A stretch of DNA of 32,000 bases. Origin: Ferroglobus placidus DSM 10642 (GTDB taxonomy: Archaea > Halobacteriota > Archaeoglobi > Archaeoglobales > Archaeoglobaceae). Shown one piece after another: positions 1 through 7,747 of the stretch (position 1 is its first letter; every line of letters begins with the position of its first letter). The translations under genes were made by a program, and so were the position numbers. The notes below the pieces were generated by a model, which was given only the letters and a program-made list of their open reading frames with translations, was not told where the DNA came from and ran no database searches. The stretch is taken from positions 2,164,267 to 2,196,266 of the forward strand of contig NC_013849.1 in the NCBI RefSeq assembly GCF_000025505.1, in the 5' to 3' direction.

Positions 1-156
1 GGAAAGAGAAGTCTGGTTGAAGCGACGTTCAGCTCATTTAAACAGAGAGTTAAGCTGTTCTTCTGTTCCATTACCGATAAGAATTCAGTTGTGAACTGGA
101 ATTTGTTCTGTAAGTTGTTTATGCCCTATTACAATCATCTGAGGTGGTTAAGTTGA
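1..156 (+). mobile_element. C-terminal fragment of a DDE-type transposase, cut by the window edge
   Basis: Frame 1 translates as GKRSLVEATFSSFKQRVKLFFCSITDKNSVVNWNLFCKLFMPYYNHLRWLS*, resembling the VE..FS.FK.R...F...YYN..R tail of DDE transposases. Confidence 0.6.
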
Positions 157-183
157 CAGGGCTTTCAAGTTCAAGCTTCAAAG

Positions 184-378
184 TTACAAGTCCCACATTA
201 CTCCTCTGACTGCTGAACCAAAGATGGATGTTCCTCTGACATTGTATTTTCTCAGTATAGGAACTTTTTGGCAGATTATCTTTAGTCTATGGAGTGTATC
301 CTTTTTGCAATATCCTTCTCCTATTTTTGAACTATTATTCCAGCCAAAAACTATCAAGCTCATTCCTCTCAAGAACAT
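184..378 (-). pseudogene. Truncated minimal nucleotidyltransferase (MNT)-like fragment
   Basis: ILRKYNVRGTSIFGSAVRG matches the Y.V....FGS..RG signature of nucleotidyltransferases. The following E..SDID part is absent and is replaced by VMWDL*. Confidence 0.5.
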
Positions 379-627
379 ACTTTCCCCACTCCATTTTAAC
401 CCAAGAAGAATCTCTCAAAAACTTCTGGACTTCGTGAGTACTTCAGCATGTCGTTTAAAGTTACCATAGCTCTCTTTTTTAGCCTTCTCCTCCTTCAAAT
501 TTAAAAGTCGATAAAACTTTTCTCGAATGATCCAATTGCAGCCCAGATGTCTGATTTTGAAAAATCCTCCGTTAGAATCTTAATGAGTTGCGCTTTAGTT
601 GATGGGGCTTTTAACAAAAATTTAGAA

Positions 628-699
628 GCCGCCGCCGGGATTTGAACCCGGGACCTGGTGATTACGAGTCACCCGCTCTACCAGCTGAGCCACGGCGGC
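628..699 (-). tRNA. tRNA-Thr (anticodon CGU)
   Basis: The reverse complement gccgccgtggctcagctggtagagcgggtgactcgtaatcaccaggtcccgggttcaaatcccggcggcggc folds as a perfect 72-nt cloverleaf. The anticodon loop is CTCGTAA. No CCA is encoded. Confidence 0.97.
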
Positions 700-769
700 A
701 ATCAGAAATAGAATCTGATCGTTTGAATTTAAGGATTGCGGTAAAACGTATAAATCCCGAGCACTCATC

Positions 770-1765
770 TTGATCGTGCACGGAGATCAGGCTGAAAAAT
801 TTTTGAATGATAGAAAAATACTCGACTTCGCTTCGAACATAAACCCGTTTCCTCCCAGAGATCTTCAGGAATTTATAAAAAGTATTTCTTGGAAGGTTTC
901 TTACTATCCAGAAAGCAGCTACTCCGATTTAATCGAAACCATTTCAGAAACTTTTGAATGGAAAAAAGATGAGGTCGTATTCGGGAACGGTTCGATAGAG
1001 TTAATAAGAGCGTTTTTCATGATAAACAAAGGAAAAGTCCTAATCCCTTACCCTACATTCACCGAATACGAGCGATTTGCGAAAGCTTTTGGATTGAAAG
1101 TCGTCAGATGTCAGCTTAGAGAGGTTTACGAGTTTGCGAAAAAAAGTGAATTTGATGCTGTGGTTGTTTGCAATCCGAACAATCCAACTGGAGAATTTGT
1201 CGAATGCGTTGAAGAACTCGACATTCTTGCTGGGAAAAAAGGTTTTAAGCTTCTCGTTGACGAAGCGTTCATCGATTTCTCCAGCGAAAGAGTTCAGCTC
1301 GAAAACGCATTCGTTGTAAGATCTCTAACGAAAATTCTCGGGATTCCTGGCTTGAGGTTTGGGTACGGTAGATTTCCTAAGAAGTTTGCTGAAAGGTTCC
1401 ACGAAATTAGAGATCCTTGGAACGTGAACATTATCGCAAAGGAAGTTGCCAAGAGATACTTGCCAAAGCTGAAAATTTTTTCAAGGAAAGTTAGGAAAAA
1501 GATTTCAATAGAAAGGAGGTACATCAGAAAAAGACTGGGAAAGCTTGATTTCTTAAGCATGGGAGAGGTAAATTTCCTTCTTGTCGAAGGAGAATTCAAA
1601 GCAAGAAACGTTCAGAAATTTTTGTTCGAAAGAGGAATTTTGATAAGAACGTGCGAGGACTTCGTTGGTTTGAATGAAAAGCATTTCAGAATAGCCGTTA
1701 AGGATAGAAAGAGTAATAGAGAGCTGATAAAAAATTTAGAGGTATTTGTCGAGGAAAATTCCTAA
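770..1765 (+). CDS. PLP-dependent aminotransferase, threonine-phosphate decarboxylase (CobD)/HisC-like
   Basis: 331 aa with a TTG start. Motifs are HGD...LDFASNINPFPP, VVCNPNNPTG, DEAFIDF and SLTKILGIPGLRFGY. Confidence 0.85.
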   Translation: MIVHGDQAEKFLNDRKILDFASNINPFPPRDLQEFIKSISWKVSYYPESSYSDLIETISETFEWKKDEVVFGNGSIELIRAFFMINKGKVLIPYPTFTEYERFAKAFGLKVVRCQLREVYEFAKKSEFDAVVVCNPNNPTGEFVECVEELDILAGKKGFKLLVDEAFIDFSSERVQLENAFVVRSLTKILGIPGLRFGYGRFPKKFAERFHEIRDPWNVNIIAKEVAKRYLPKLKIFSRKVRKKISIERRYIRKRLGKLDFLSMGEVNFLLVEGEFKARNVQKFLFERGILIRTCEDFVGLNEKHFRIAVKDRKSNRELIKNLEVFVEENS

Positions 1766-2584
1766 CTTCCTTCTGACCTCTTCGCTTATCATCTCCGGGG
1801 AAGTAGTTATCGCGAACTTCAAAGCGTCTTTGCACTCGCATTCTCTTTCTTCTGGAATCTTCGGTATCAGCTTTCTGAGAATCGCTTTTATGTTTTCCTC
1901 GTTCTTCGCCATGTTTTCCAAGACGGTCTTAACATCCACTGGCTCCTCCTTCCAGACGTCGTAATCCGTGACGGCTGCAATCGTTACGTAGCAAATTTCA
2001 GCCTCTCTTGCAAGCTTTGCTTCTGGTAAAGCAGTCATACCAATTATGTCGAACCCCATGCTTCTGTAGAATTTCGACTCAGCCTTAGTTGAAAACTGAG
2101 GACCTTCAATGCAAACGTAAGTTCCTTTGTCGTGGTAGCTCAAACCGAGCTCCTTCACGGCTTCTATGGCAACCTCTCTCAACTCCGGACAGAAAGGGTC
2201 CGCCACGCCGACGTGAACCACCACATCTTCGAAAAACGTGTCCTTTCTGTGCTTCGTCCTGTCGAATATCTGATCCGGAATAACTATATCCAGTGGCTTT
2301 ATCTCTTCTTTTAAAGATCCAACTGCCGCTACGCTAATTATCCTCTCAACTCCGAGTTTTTTGAAGGCGTAGATGTTCGCTCTGTAAGGAACGTGCGTTG
2401 GTGAATAGATGTGTCCCTTCCCGTGTCTCGAAATGAAAGCCACTTTTCTTCCCTCGTAATCTCCAATCGTTATCTTCGACGAGGGTTTTCCGAAGGGCGT
2501 GTCGACGTCAACTTCTGTTACGTTCTCGAAAGCGTCGCTATCGTAGATGCCGGTTCCGCCAATAATCCCGATTTCCGCCTTCAT
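1736..2584 (-). CDS. mtnP: S-methyl-5'-thioadenosine phosphorylase-family protein
   Basis: MKAEIGIIGGTGIYD, FISRHGKGH, PTHVPYRANIYA and IEGPQFSTKAESKFYRSMGFDIIGMTALPEAKLAREAEICY are characteristic of the MTAP family. It converges with the upstream ORF by about 30 bp. Confidence 0.92.
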   Translation of the reverse strand: MKAEIGIIGGTGIYDSDAFENVTEVDVDTPFGKPSSKITIGDYEGRKVAFISRHGKGHIYSPTHVPYRANIYAFKKLGVERIISVAAVGSLKEEIKPLDIVIPDQIFDRTKHRKDTFFEDVVVHVGVADPFCPELREVAIEAVKELGLSYHDKGTYVCIEGPQFSTKAESKFYRSMGFDIIGMTALPEAKLAREAEICYVTIAAVTDYDVWKEEPVDVKTVLENMAKNEENIKAILRKLIPKIPEERECECKDALKFAITTSPEMISEEVRRKLGIFLDKYL

Positions 2585-3285
2585 TCTTTAATCCTCCAGT
2601 AGGGTTTGTTATCCTTTAAAATCTTCTCCACTATTCCTCTGTTTTCCATCTCCCTCATAACGTCGAAGAACCTTCCCGGTTGAGCGATCTCCAAGTAAAT
2701 AGGGTCTATCTGGTGAAGCTCATACAGTCTCCACTTTATGTCCCACTCCCCCCAAAGCTTCTCCTTGTCTCTTCTCATCAACCTCGTTATCAACTCTATC
2801 ATGTCCTCCATGAAATTCCACGGGAAAATTATCCAAGCCCACTCCTCGAGGTATTCCCCGAAGTAGTCCGGAGTGAACTTAGACGTGTAAAGAAGCTGTA
2901 ATGTGGCAGTTTTAACCTCTGTTGCTCCCAATTCTTCAACGTGCTGCTTTGCCGTCATCAAACTTTTGCCAGTATCGGCTATATCATCCACGATCAGCAC
3001 CTTCTTACCCTTTACGCTCTCTTCGTGAAGAGGGTATCTTATCCTCACCTCTCCGCTCATCTTAGCCGTGCCTACGTAGTGTTCTACCTTCAAGCTCGTT
3101 AAATCGTCCAAACCGAGAAGATCGCAAAGAACTCTCCCAGCGAACCATCCCCCTCTTGCTAAAGCGACGATAACATCTGGCTCGTAGCCGTCATCTCTGA
3201 CCTGCTCAGCCACCCTCCTACAAAGCCTGTCCATGTACTCCCAGTTTGTCACAACGCACTTGAACTTCTCAGGAAACTCCTCCAT
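2581..3285 (-). CDS. Phosphoribosyltransferase (purine PRTase-like)
   Basis: The PRPP-binding motif is KVLIVDDIADTGKSL. The N-terminal motif is DVIVALARGGWFAGRVLCD. It overlaps the MTAP start by 4 nt. Confidence 0.85.
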   Translation of the reverse strand: MEEFPEKFKCVVTNWEYMDRLCRRVAEQVRDDGYEPDVIVALARGGWFAGRVLCDLLGLDDLTSLKVEHYVGTAKMSGEVRIRYPLHEESVKGKKVLIVDDIADTGKSLMTAKQHVEELGATEVKTATLQLLYTSKFTPDYFGEYLEEWAWIIFPWNFMEDMIELITRLMRRDKEKLWGEWDIKWRLYELHQIDPIYLEIAQPGRFFDVMREMENRGIVEKILKDNKPYWRIKE

Positions 3286-3426
3286 AGTTAATCACCAAAG
3301 TTAATCCTTTCCTTCACATTTTTAAAATTTCGTATGTGAAGCTCTCTGGGTAAAGCCTATGAAGAAGTTTGTGTTGTATAAATTCGCGGAAACGATAAAT
3401 TTTAAATTCGAACTACTTGTTTTGCG

Positions 3427-3784
3427 ATGGGTGACGAAGTGAATCCGATCATATTGGTAGGTTTAGGTGGATTTTTCGGGGCTTCAAAATGGAATATCGT
3501 ACTTTCCAGTTGGAACACTTGCCGTTAATGTTCTTGGAAGTTTTTTCCTCAGCCTAACCATGTATTTGTCGGAATACCATGGGTTATTCGGAGAAGAAAC
3601 GAGAATATTCCTTACAATCGGATTCCTCGGTTCATTCACGACGATGTCCACATTCTCTTATGAGACGTTCAAGCTGCTCGAAAATAAAGAAATAAATTTA
3701 TTTATCATTAACATAACAGCGACTTTAGCACTTACGTTGCTTGGAGTTTATTTAGGAAAAATGGTGGCTTTGTGGAGGAGATGA
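3427..3784 (+). pseudogene. crcB: CrcB-type fluoride channel gene, apparently frameshifted or with an internal deletion
   Basis: ATG at 3427 gives MGDEVNPIILVGLGGFFGAS..., then a stop at 3528. The rest (SYFPVGTLAVNVLGSFFLS...GFLGSFTTMSTFSYE) lies in another frame, ORF 3467..3784. Confidence 0.7.
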
Positions 3785-4122
3785 ACATGAGAGAAGGTGT
3801 TCTGCTCAGAATTTTTATCGGTGAGTCGGACAAACACAAAGGTAAACCTCTCTACATGTATATACTCGAAATGTTAAGAAAAGAGGGGATTGCTGGGGCA
3901 ACTGTTTTGAGAGGTATAGCAGGATATGGAAAAACGAGCGTAATCCACACCACTTCAATTCTTCGCTTGTCTTCAGATCTGCCAATAGTAATTGAGATCG
4001 TCGATAGCCAAGATAAGATAGAGAAGGTTAAACCAAAACTTCTCGAAATCGTAAAAGAGAGTTTGATCACCGAAGAAAAAGTGAAAATTATTTTTTACGA
4101 GGGTGACGAGAATAAAAGCTGA
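3772..4122 (+). CDS. DUF190 family protein, CrcB-associated
   Basis: GESDKHKGKPLYMYILEMLRKEGIAGATVLRGIAGYG...LPIVIEIVDSQDKIE is the DUF190 signature. Confidence 0.88.
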   Translation: MEEMNMREGVLLRIFIGESDKHKGKPLYMYILEMLRKEGIAGATVLRGIAGYGKTSVIHTTSILRLSSDLPIVIEIVDSQDKIEKVKPKLLEIVKESLITEEKVKIIFYEGDENKS

Positions 4123-4147
4123 TTTAAATAAATAAAAAATTCAGATT

Positions 4148-4522
4148 TTAAATTGCATCAACAATTCTCTTCAATCTCTCCTCGACATCCTTGGCGTTTT
4201 CTTCAATCTCTTCAGTTGCAAAAGCTGTCGGCTTAACTGCTTCAACAACAACTTCGCCGTCAATCTCGTAGACCACGACATTACAAGGCATAAGGACTCC
4301 GAAGGATCTGTTCGCTTTCAAAACCTCGAAGGCATTTTTAGGGCTGCACGCTCCGAGAATAACGTACTTGTCAAAATCGACACCTATTTTTTCCTTCAAA
4401 GTCTTTTTGACGTCGATTTCACAGAGAATTCCAAAGACTTCTGACTTTAAAAGCTCTTTAACTTTCTCAACGACTTCTTCAAATTTTCCACTCACTTTTT
4501 TACCTACCGTAAACATAAACAC
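4148..4522 (-). CDS. DUF302 domain protein
   Basis: FGILCEIDVKKTLKEKIGVDFDKYVILGACSPKNAFEVLKANRSFGVLMPCNVVVYE is DUF302-like. Confidence 0.85.
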   Translation of the reverse strand: MFMFTVGKKVSGKFEEVVEKVKELLKSEVFGILCEIDVKKTLKEKIGVDFDKYVILGACSPKNAFEVLKANRSFGVLMPCNVVVYEIDGEVVVEAVKPTAFATEEIEENAKDVEERLKRIVDAI

Positions 4523-4622
4523 CGTTAAACTATCGAAACTTTATAAGTGTGCCGCAGTATATACATTAGAAAGCCAAATCGTCAGGAGAAAATAAATAAA
4601 CCTCCCCTCTTTTTTATATTTC

Positions 4623-5402
4623 GTGAGGCTTAAAGTCAAAGATTACATGACGAAAGACGTGGTGGTTGTGAAGCCGGATCAGACGATAAAAGAGGTAATT
4701 GATCTCATCGAAAAGACTGGTCATGATGGTTTTCCTGTTATTGACGATAACGGAATTGTTATCGGATACATCTCTTCTCGTGATCTTTTGAGGAAAAATC
4801 TGGATACGAAAGTGAAAGATGTTATGTCTAAAAAGTTGATAGTAGCCAGAGAGCACATGGACTTGAGAGATGCGGCAAGGGTGATGTTCAGGACTGGAAG
4901 ATCTAAATTGCCAGTCATAGACGAAAAAGGAAAGCTCATAGGAATTATATCGAACACGGATGTGATAAGGAGTCAGATAGAGAGAGCAGACCCTAAAAAA
5001 GTTGAAAATTTGAGGAAAACGATAGAAAGCGTTCACAACGTTAAGACTGAGCTTAAAAGAGGTAAGATCGAAGTTGACAGAATAATTCCGACCCAAACGA
5101 AAGTTTACGCTGACGAACTTAGAGGAAGGGTTTACGAGCTGAAAAAGGGTTTGGCTGAACCTGTTATCGTTATAAAGAAGGGAGGGAAGTATTACCTTGT
5201 GGATGGGCACCACAGGGTTGTGGCAGCTAAAAAGATAGGGATAGACAAGCTCGACGCATACATTATAGAGGTTCCGGAAAACGTCGAGCTCGGTCTCGAA
5301 AAGCTTGTGAGAAAGAAAGGAATAAAATCAGTCAGGGATATTCAAGTTTTAGAGGACGCGACGCACCCCCTCGTGGAAATAACCTTTAAAAATTCGAAGT
5401 GA
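4623..5402 (+). CDS. Tandem CBS domains fused to a ParB/sulfiredoxin-like domain
   Basis: Two CBS repeats (KDYMTKDVVVVKPDQTIKEV..., KDVMSKKLIVAREHMDLRDAARVM...) are followed by ...YYLVDGHHRVVAAKKIG, typical of ParB-like folds. GTG start. Confidence 0.88.
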   Translation: MRLKVKDYMTKDVVVVKPDQTIKEVIDLIEKTGHDGFPVIDDNGIVIGYISSRDLLRKNLDTKVKDVMSKKLIVAREHMDLRDAARVMFRTGRSKLPVIDEKGKLIGIISNTDVIRSQIERADPKKVENLRKTIESVHNVKTELKRGKIEVDRIIPTQTKVYADELRGRVYELKKGLAEPVIVIKKGGKYYLVDGHHRVVAAKKIGIDKLDAYIIEVPENVELGLEKLVRKKGIKSVRDIQVLEDATHPLVEITFKNSK

Positions 5403-5406
5403 TATC

Positions 5407-5685
5407 ATGCTGGAAGAGCTTCAGGAGATTGTTGAGGAGAGAAAAAGGAATCCGACCCCGGATTCCTATACAGCCAAGTTACTCTATCACGAGAAGGGAG
5501 AGGACAAAGTACTCGAAAAGTTCGGGGAGGAGGCAGTGGAGTTAATCCTCGCTTGCAAAAACAAAGATAAAGAAAGCATAGTTTACGAAGCAGCCGATTT
5601 GCTTTATCACTTCGTCGTTCTCCTTTCTAAATTCGACGTCAAAGTGGAGGAGGTTTACGATGAACTTCGAAGAAGAAAGAAGTAA
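5407..5685 (+). CDS. hisE: Phosphoribosyl-ATP pyrophosphatase
   Basis: LEELQEIVEERKRNPTPDSYTAKLLYHEKGEDKVLEKFGEEAVELILACKNKDKESIVYEAADLLYHFVVLL. Confidence 0.95.
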   Translation: MLEELQEIVEERKRNPTPDSYTAKLLYHEKGEDKVLEKFGEEAVELILACKNKDKESIVYEAADLLYHFVVLLSKFDVKVEEVYDELRRRKK

Positions 5686-5953
5686 CTACTGGATAATCTG
5701 GACGGTCAATTTAGATAAGAAGAAGAGCAGAAGCGAAGGGAGAAAGATTCCGAAGAGGTACGCTGTGCCGAACGTTAAGTTCAAAGAGCTTATCGAAGCT
5801 TGCAAAGCCCTCGGTTTGGAGTTTTACGCTGAGGAAAAAAAGTATCCGAAGTCTTGGTGGGAGGAGGGGGGAAGGGTTAGAGTGAAAAAGACCGGAAAGA
5901 AGCTCGACCTCATGATAGAGATAGCTAAAAAAATAGCAGAAATGCGAAGATGA
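5660..5953 (+). CDS. srp19: Signal recognition particle 19 kDa protein
   Basis: IIWTVNLDKKKSRSEGRKIPKRYAVPNVKFKELIEACKALGL...KSWWEEGGRVRVKKTGKK. Confidence 0.92.
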   Translation: MNFEEERSNYWIIWTVNLDKKKSRSEGRKIPKRYAVPNVKFKELIEACKALGLEFYAEEKKYPKSWWEEGGRVRVKKTGKKLDLMIEIAKKIAEMRR

Positions 5954-6927
5954 AGCTGATCTTCCTCCTCTCCGGAGATCTGGAGTACGTGGCGAGAAAA
6001 GAAGTCGAGGTTTTTTCGAAAGAAATACTCGGTGGGAAAGTTATTCTTGAGGACAGGCAGATATCAGTCGCGGAAGTTTCAGAAATTAAGCTTCTCGAAA
6101 GATTGAGCTTGGTTCACGAGGTTAGCGAGTTTCTCTTCTCCGGAAGTCTGGAGGAGCTAAAAAGCTTCGTAAATGAAGTGGAGCTGCCAGAGGGAAAGAT
6201 GTGCGTAAGAGTGAGAAACATCGGAGGTCGTTTCGTTCCTTCAAACGAGTTCGAAAAAGAGCTTGGAGCGATTTTCTACAGGAGAGGGGCGAAAATAAGC
6301 GTTTCCAATCCGGATAAAATATTCAGGGTTTACGTCACCGAAAATAACGTTTACGCCGGCTGGTTAATTCACGTTACAAACACGAAGCAGTTCCTCGAAA
6401 GACGACCAGATTTAAAGCCGTTTTTCAGACCCGGAGCTGTAGTGCCGAGATTTGCGAGAAGCTTGGTGAACATAACCGGAGTTGAAAACGGAGTCGTCCT
6501 TGATCCAATGTGCGGAACTGGGACTATGATAATAGAGGCTGGATTGATGAACCTCGATTTTATCGGAGTTGAGGCTTTTGAAAAAATCGCTAAAGGATGT
6601 GCAATCAATCTGAGATACTACAATCTTCCTGTGAACGTTATAGTGGGAGATGCCAAAAATCTTCCTTTGGCTGACGAAAGCGTTGACGGAATAGTGACCG
6701 ACTACCCTTACCTTCAATCGTCGATGAGCTTCGGAGATTTAAGAGAGTTATACGAAAAAAGCTTTCCGGAGTTTCACAGAGTGCTTAGAGGAGAGAGGAT
6801 AGTTTTCCTAACGAACATGGACGTTGAAGAATTCTTCGAGGACTACTTCATTCTCGAATCCAAGTTCTACCAAAAAGTTCACAAAAGTCTGACGAGAAGG
6901 ATTTACGTTTGTAGAAAGAAAAAGTGA
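5950..6927 (+). CDS. tRNA (guanine-N2)-methyltransferase, Trm11/Trm-G10 type (THUMP + Rossmann methylase)
   Basis: PGAVVPRFARSLVNITGVENGVVLDPMCGTGTMIIEAGL...TDYPYLQSSMS. The gene overlaps srp19 by 4 nt. Confidence 0.88.
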   Translation: MKLIFLLSGDLEYVARKEVEVFSKEILGGKVILEDRQISVAEVSEIKLLERLSLVHEVSEFLFSGSLEELKSFVNEVELPEGKMCVRVRNIGGRFVPSNEFEKELGAIFYRRGAKISVSNPDKIFRVYVTENNVYAGWLIHVTNTKQFLERRPDLKPFFRPGAVVPRFARSLVNITGVENGVVLDPMCGTGTMIIEAGLMNLDFIGVEAFEKIAKGCAINLRYYNLPVNVIVGDAKNLPLADESVDGIVTDYPYLQSSMSFGDLRELYEKSFPEFHRVLRGERIVFLTNMDVEEFFEDYFILESKFYQKVHKSLTRRIYVCRKKK

Positions 6928-7135
6928 GCACTCTCGCACTGAACAGTATGGTTTGGTAACGTTTCTGATGGGATTTTGTTAATTTTTTAGATTTTAGACC
7001 ATTGCCGCAGCGTGTTCAACTATCAGTTCGGAGAGCTCGTTGATAGTGGAGTAATTCTTAAATCCCCTTTTCATGAGAACTCTTTTGCCTCCCAGTCCAG
7101 TAATGTATATTAACTCACAAGGATAAGAAAAGTTT

Positions 7136-7408
7136 ATGGAATTATCCGTAACCAAGAAAGAGGTTATAGAATACAAAAAGTTGGAGATCATTTCCCATAT
7201 AGCTTCGATTAAATCAAAGATCGAACTTTTCGAGTCAAAATACGGATGCAAGTTTGAAGATTTCGAGAAAAAACTAAAAGAAAGGCAAGATGAAGATTTT
7301 GAGGAATGGGACGATTACATCGAATGGAAGGCGTACGTTAAAACACTCGAAGAGCTAAGAGAAAAGCTCAAGGAGATCGAAAATGCTAAAGACGTTAGAA
7401 TTGCTTGA
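7136..7408 (+). CDS. Small coiled/acidic protein, candidate antitoxin of a TumA/TumE-like pair
   Basis: 90-aa charged helical protein, overlapping by 26 nt a downstream TumE/DUF6516-like ORF. Confidence 0.6.
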   Translation: MELSVTKKEVIEYKKLEIISHIASIKSKIELFESKYGCKFEDFEKKLKERQDEDFEEWDDYIEWKAYVKTLEELREKLKEIENAKDVRIA

Positions 7409-7727
7409 CAAAAGTCCGATCGTTAAGTCTTACGAAATACTCGACTTTAAAAAGGGAAGGGATTTCTACTACCTTAAGATCAAAGCTATTTTAATCAACG
7501 ATACAGTTTTGCACATCAGAGAATACGTCTCACCAGATGACTCATCTTACTCATACAATTGGGTTGATGGGGACGGGAATCTCATTTGCAGATGGGACAA
7601 CGCACCACATTATAAACACATTAAAACGTTTCCGCACCATAAACACACTAAAAATGGGGTTAAAGAGTCATTCGAAACAACTCTACAAGATGTTTTAACT
7701 GTTATTGAAAAGGAAGTTACAACATAA
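7383..7727 (+). CDS. TumE/DUF6516-like putative toxin
   Basis: IVKSYEILDFKKGRDFYYLKIKAILINDTVLHIREYVSPDDSSYSYNWVDGDGNLICRWDNAPHYKHIKTFPHHKH has the layout of the TumE family. Confidence 0.65.
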   Translation: MLKTLELLDKSPIVKSYEILDFKKGRDFYYLKIKAILINDTVLHIREYVSPDDSSYSYNWVDGDGNLICRWDNAPHYKHIKTFPHHKHTKNGVKESFETTLQDVLTVIEKEVTT

Positions 7728-7747
7728 CTTTACGCTCAAACAAGTCA

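Noticed and set aside
3286-3426. Fluoride riboswitch upstream of crcB
   Set aside because: I could not find the conserved GGNGAUGG.../CUGAUGA...CC pattern in this AT-rich leader.
4614-5213. 199-aa antisense ORF opposite the CBS-ParB gene, and similar long antisense ORFs (e.g. 14740..15159, 19161..19613, 17863..18300)
   Set aside because: These are opposite well-supported coding genes, with translations lacking domain-like patterns. They are codon-usage shadows.
6994-7251. 85-aa minus-strand ORF upstream of the TA-like pair
   Set aside because: It overlaps the start of the 7136 gene, with no recognisable motif and no support for coding.
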